A stretch of 63,500 nt of DNA, filler included, from Rhabdomonas costata (taxonomy: Eukaryota), in assembly GCA_019059605.1 (NCBI GenBank). It is 53 parts of 53 records of this genome, joined end to end, with 100 filler letters (N's around TTAATTAATTAA, not from the genome) between each part and the next. Parts side by side here need not be neighbours in the genome. Positions count along the whole stretch, not along the records: positions 62,401 to 63,500 come from JAHMHO010028640.1; 52 more parts are not named here. One strand, written 5' to 3'. Under the pieces are notes generated by a model, which was given only the letters and a program-made list of their open reading frames with translations, had not been told where the DNA came from and searched no databases. The position numbers were made by a program, and so were the translations under genes. This document shows positions 62,401 through 63,500 of this stretch, one piece after another; position 1 is the first letter of the stretch; the number at the start of each line of letters is the position of its first letter.

Positions 62401-63500
62401 TTGTGCAATTCACCCGCAGCGGTGGCCACCACACCAGCAGGCCCAGAAGCAGTGTCTTCGAAAATAAGTGCCACCTTCCGCGCTCCAAGCTGGTTGCGAA
62501 TGTGGCGGCATATCACGTACGCCTCGTCCAACGCAGAGCCTCCAAGGTACACCCGAGAAGGATTGAAGCCGACCGAAACCGCCGATGCAGGCAGCCCACG
62601 GGGAGATAGGATCAGCATTCCCGCTGCCCAAGCAGTGCCCAGAATGCCCGGGACAAGGGCTGCACTCCGGTCGCTGCTGATTAGCGCCAAGACGTGGTTT
62701 TGTTTCAAGAAGGCCTGCAAACGAGCTGAAAAATCCTCAGTGCTTTCAGAGAACGAGAATGTGAAGTTCTCCAGGTGGATATTACTTCCATCGACATACC
62801 TGGCGGCCGAAAACGAGGCTCTAAGCGCTACGGAATGCTCCGCGGCCAAAGCACGACTGGCGATGCTGTCCTCAGCAATCAAATGCCCGAAAACAACCGC
62901 GCGCCGCAGGCTAGTCTTTGGGTCCGAGGTGCAGCTTGACGGAAAGGAGAAGGTCATGGAGGGAATCTCTGTGAATGTGAAGTTGCTGCAGCGGCTGACC
63001 CATACCTGTCGCAGTCCTTGGTTGCATGCACTAGCTTTAAATCGTCCATACGTAAGCCCATCAGCCACAAAAAGTTCATTGTCGTACACCCCCTGGATCA
63101 ACTTTTGAGGGTCTGCGAGGCTGGAGCTCGGCACTTTCTGCAGCATCGTGATTAGAACCCTCCCCGTCATGAAGGCTTCAAAGGCAAACGGAGAAGAGAG
63201 GTACCTTGATCCGAAGAGAGAACGAGCTGCCGAAAGGTAATGCAGAACTGATGGGTAGTCCAAACTTGAGAGAGGGGGCAGCACTTGCGTCACAAATACA
63301 TTCGCAGTGCCAGGCCCAAAATTAGACGCGAAGTCAGCCCCGATGGAAGCAGAGCCTATGTACACCACGGAAGCCGAAAGCCTGGCCTTTGCAAGCCGGA
63401 CAAAGTTCACCGCCATCTGTCCCGTCGCCCACACAATCGCTGCTTGGGGTTCGTAAGGTAGCCCCCCATTAATCATCTGATTCAGTCCAGAGGTGGGATC
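62401..63500 (-). CDS. Receptor ectodomain with tandem type-1 periplasmic-binding (Venus-flytrap) domains, ESAG4/GRESAG4-like; partial
   Basis: Long intronless frame with NVFVTQVLP...FEAFMTGRVL...FVADGLTYGRF...CNQGLRQVWV, then a second lobe (...EAYVICRHIRNQLGARKVALIFED). The CNQG motif is typical of euglenozoan receptor cyclases. Confidence 0.7.

Overview
This window is not one locus. It is 53 unrelated contigs of about 1.1 kb joined by an artificial 100-nt spacer (N44-TTAATTAATTAA-N44), so gene order across spacers is meaningless. Many contigs have G/T-only 5' tails, A/C-only 3' tails, perfect terminal fold-backs or short duplications, which points to whole-genome-amplified DNA. Most contigs come from an intron-rich flagellate eukaryote, most likely a non-kinetoplastid euglenozoan (euglenid, possibly diplonemid). 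Hand-splicing GT-AG exons recovers fragments of DNAH10, IFT144/WDR19, CFAP61, Prp16/DHX38, TATDN1 (micro-exons), agmatine deiminase, glucuronokinase, an aquaporin, an S28 peptidase, MON2, a SOS1/SLC9C-like antiporter tail, a MIB/HERC2 domain, an F-box/LRR gene and two kinases. Five contigs carry sensor or receptor-cyclase modules (Cache, PstS-like plus TM, ESAG4-like ectodomain, two class III cyclases). The best leads are an exon closely resembling RIG-I-like/Dicer helicases, a very AT-rich intronless contig encoding Deg-type protease PDZ domains that looks foreign (giant virus or intracellular bacterium), the sensor-cyclase expansion including a probable pseudo-cyclase, a possible GC-AG intron and very loose splice signals. 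All family calls come from recognising motifs by eye, not from database searches.
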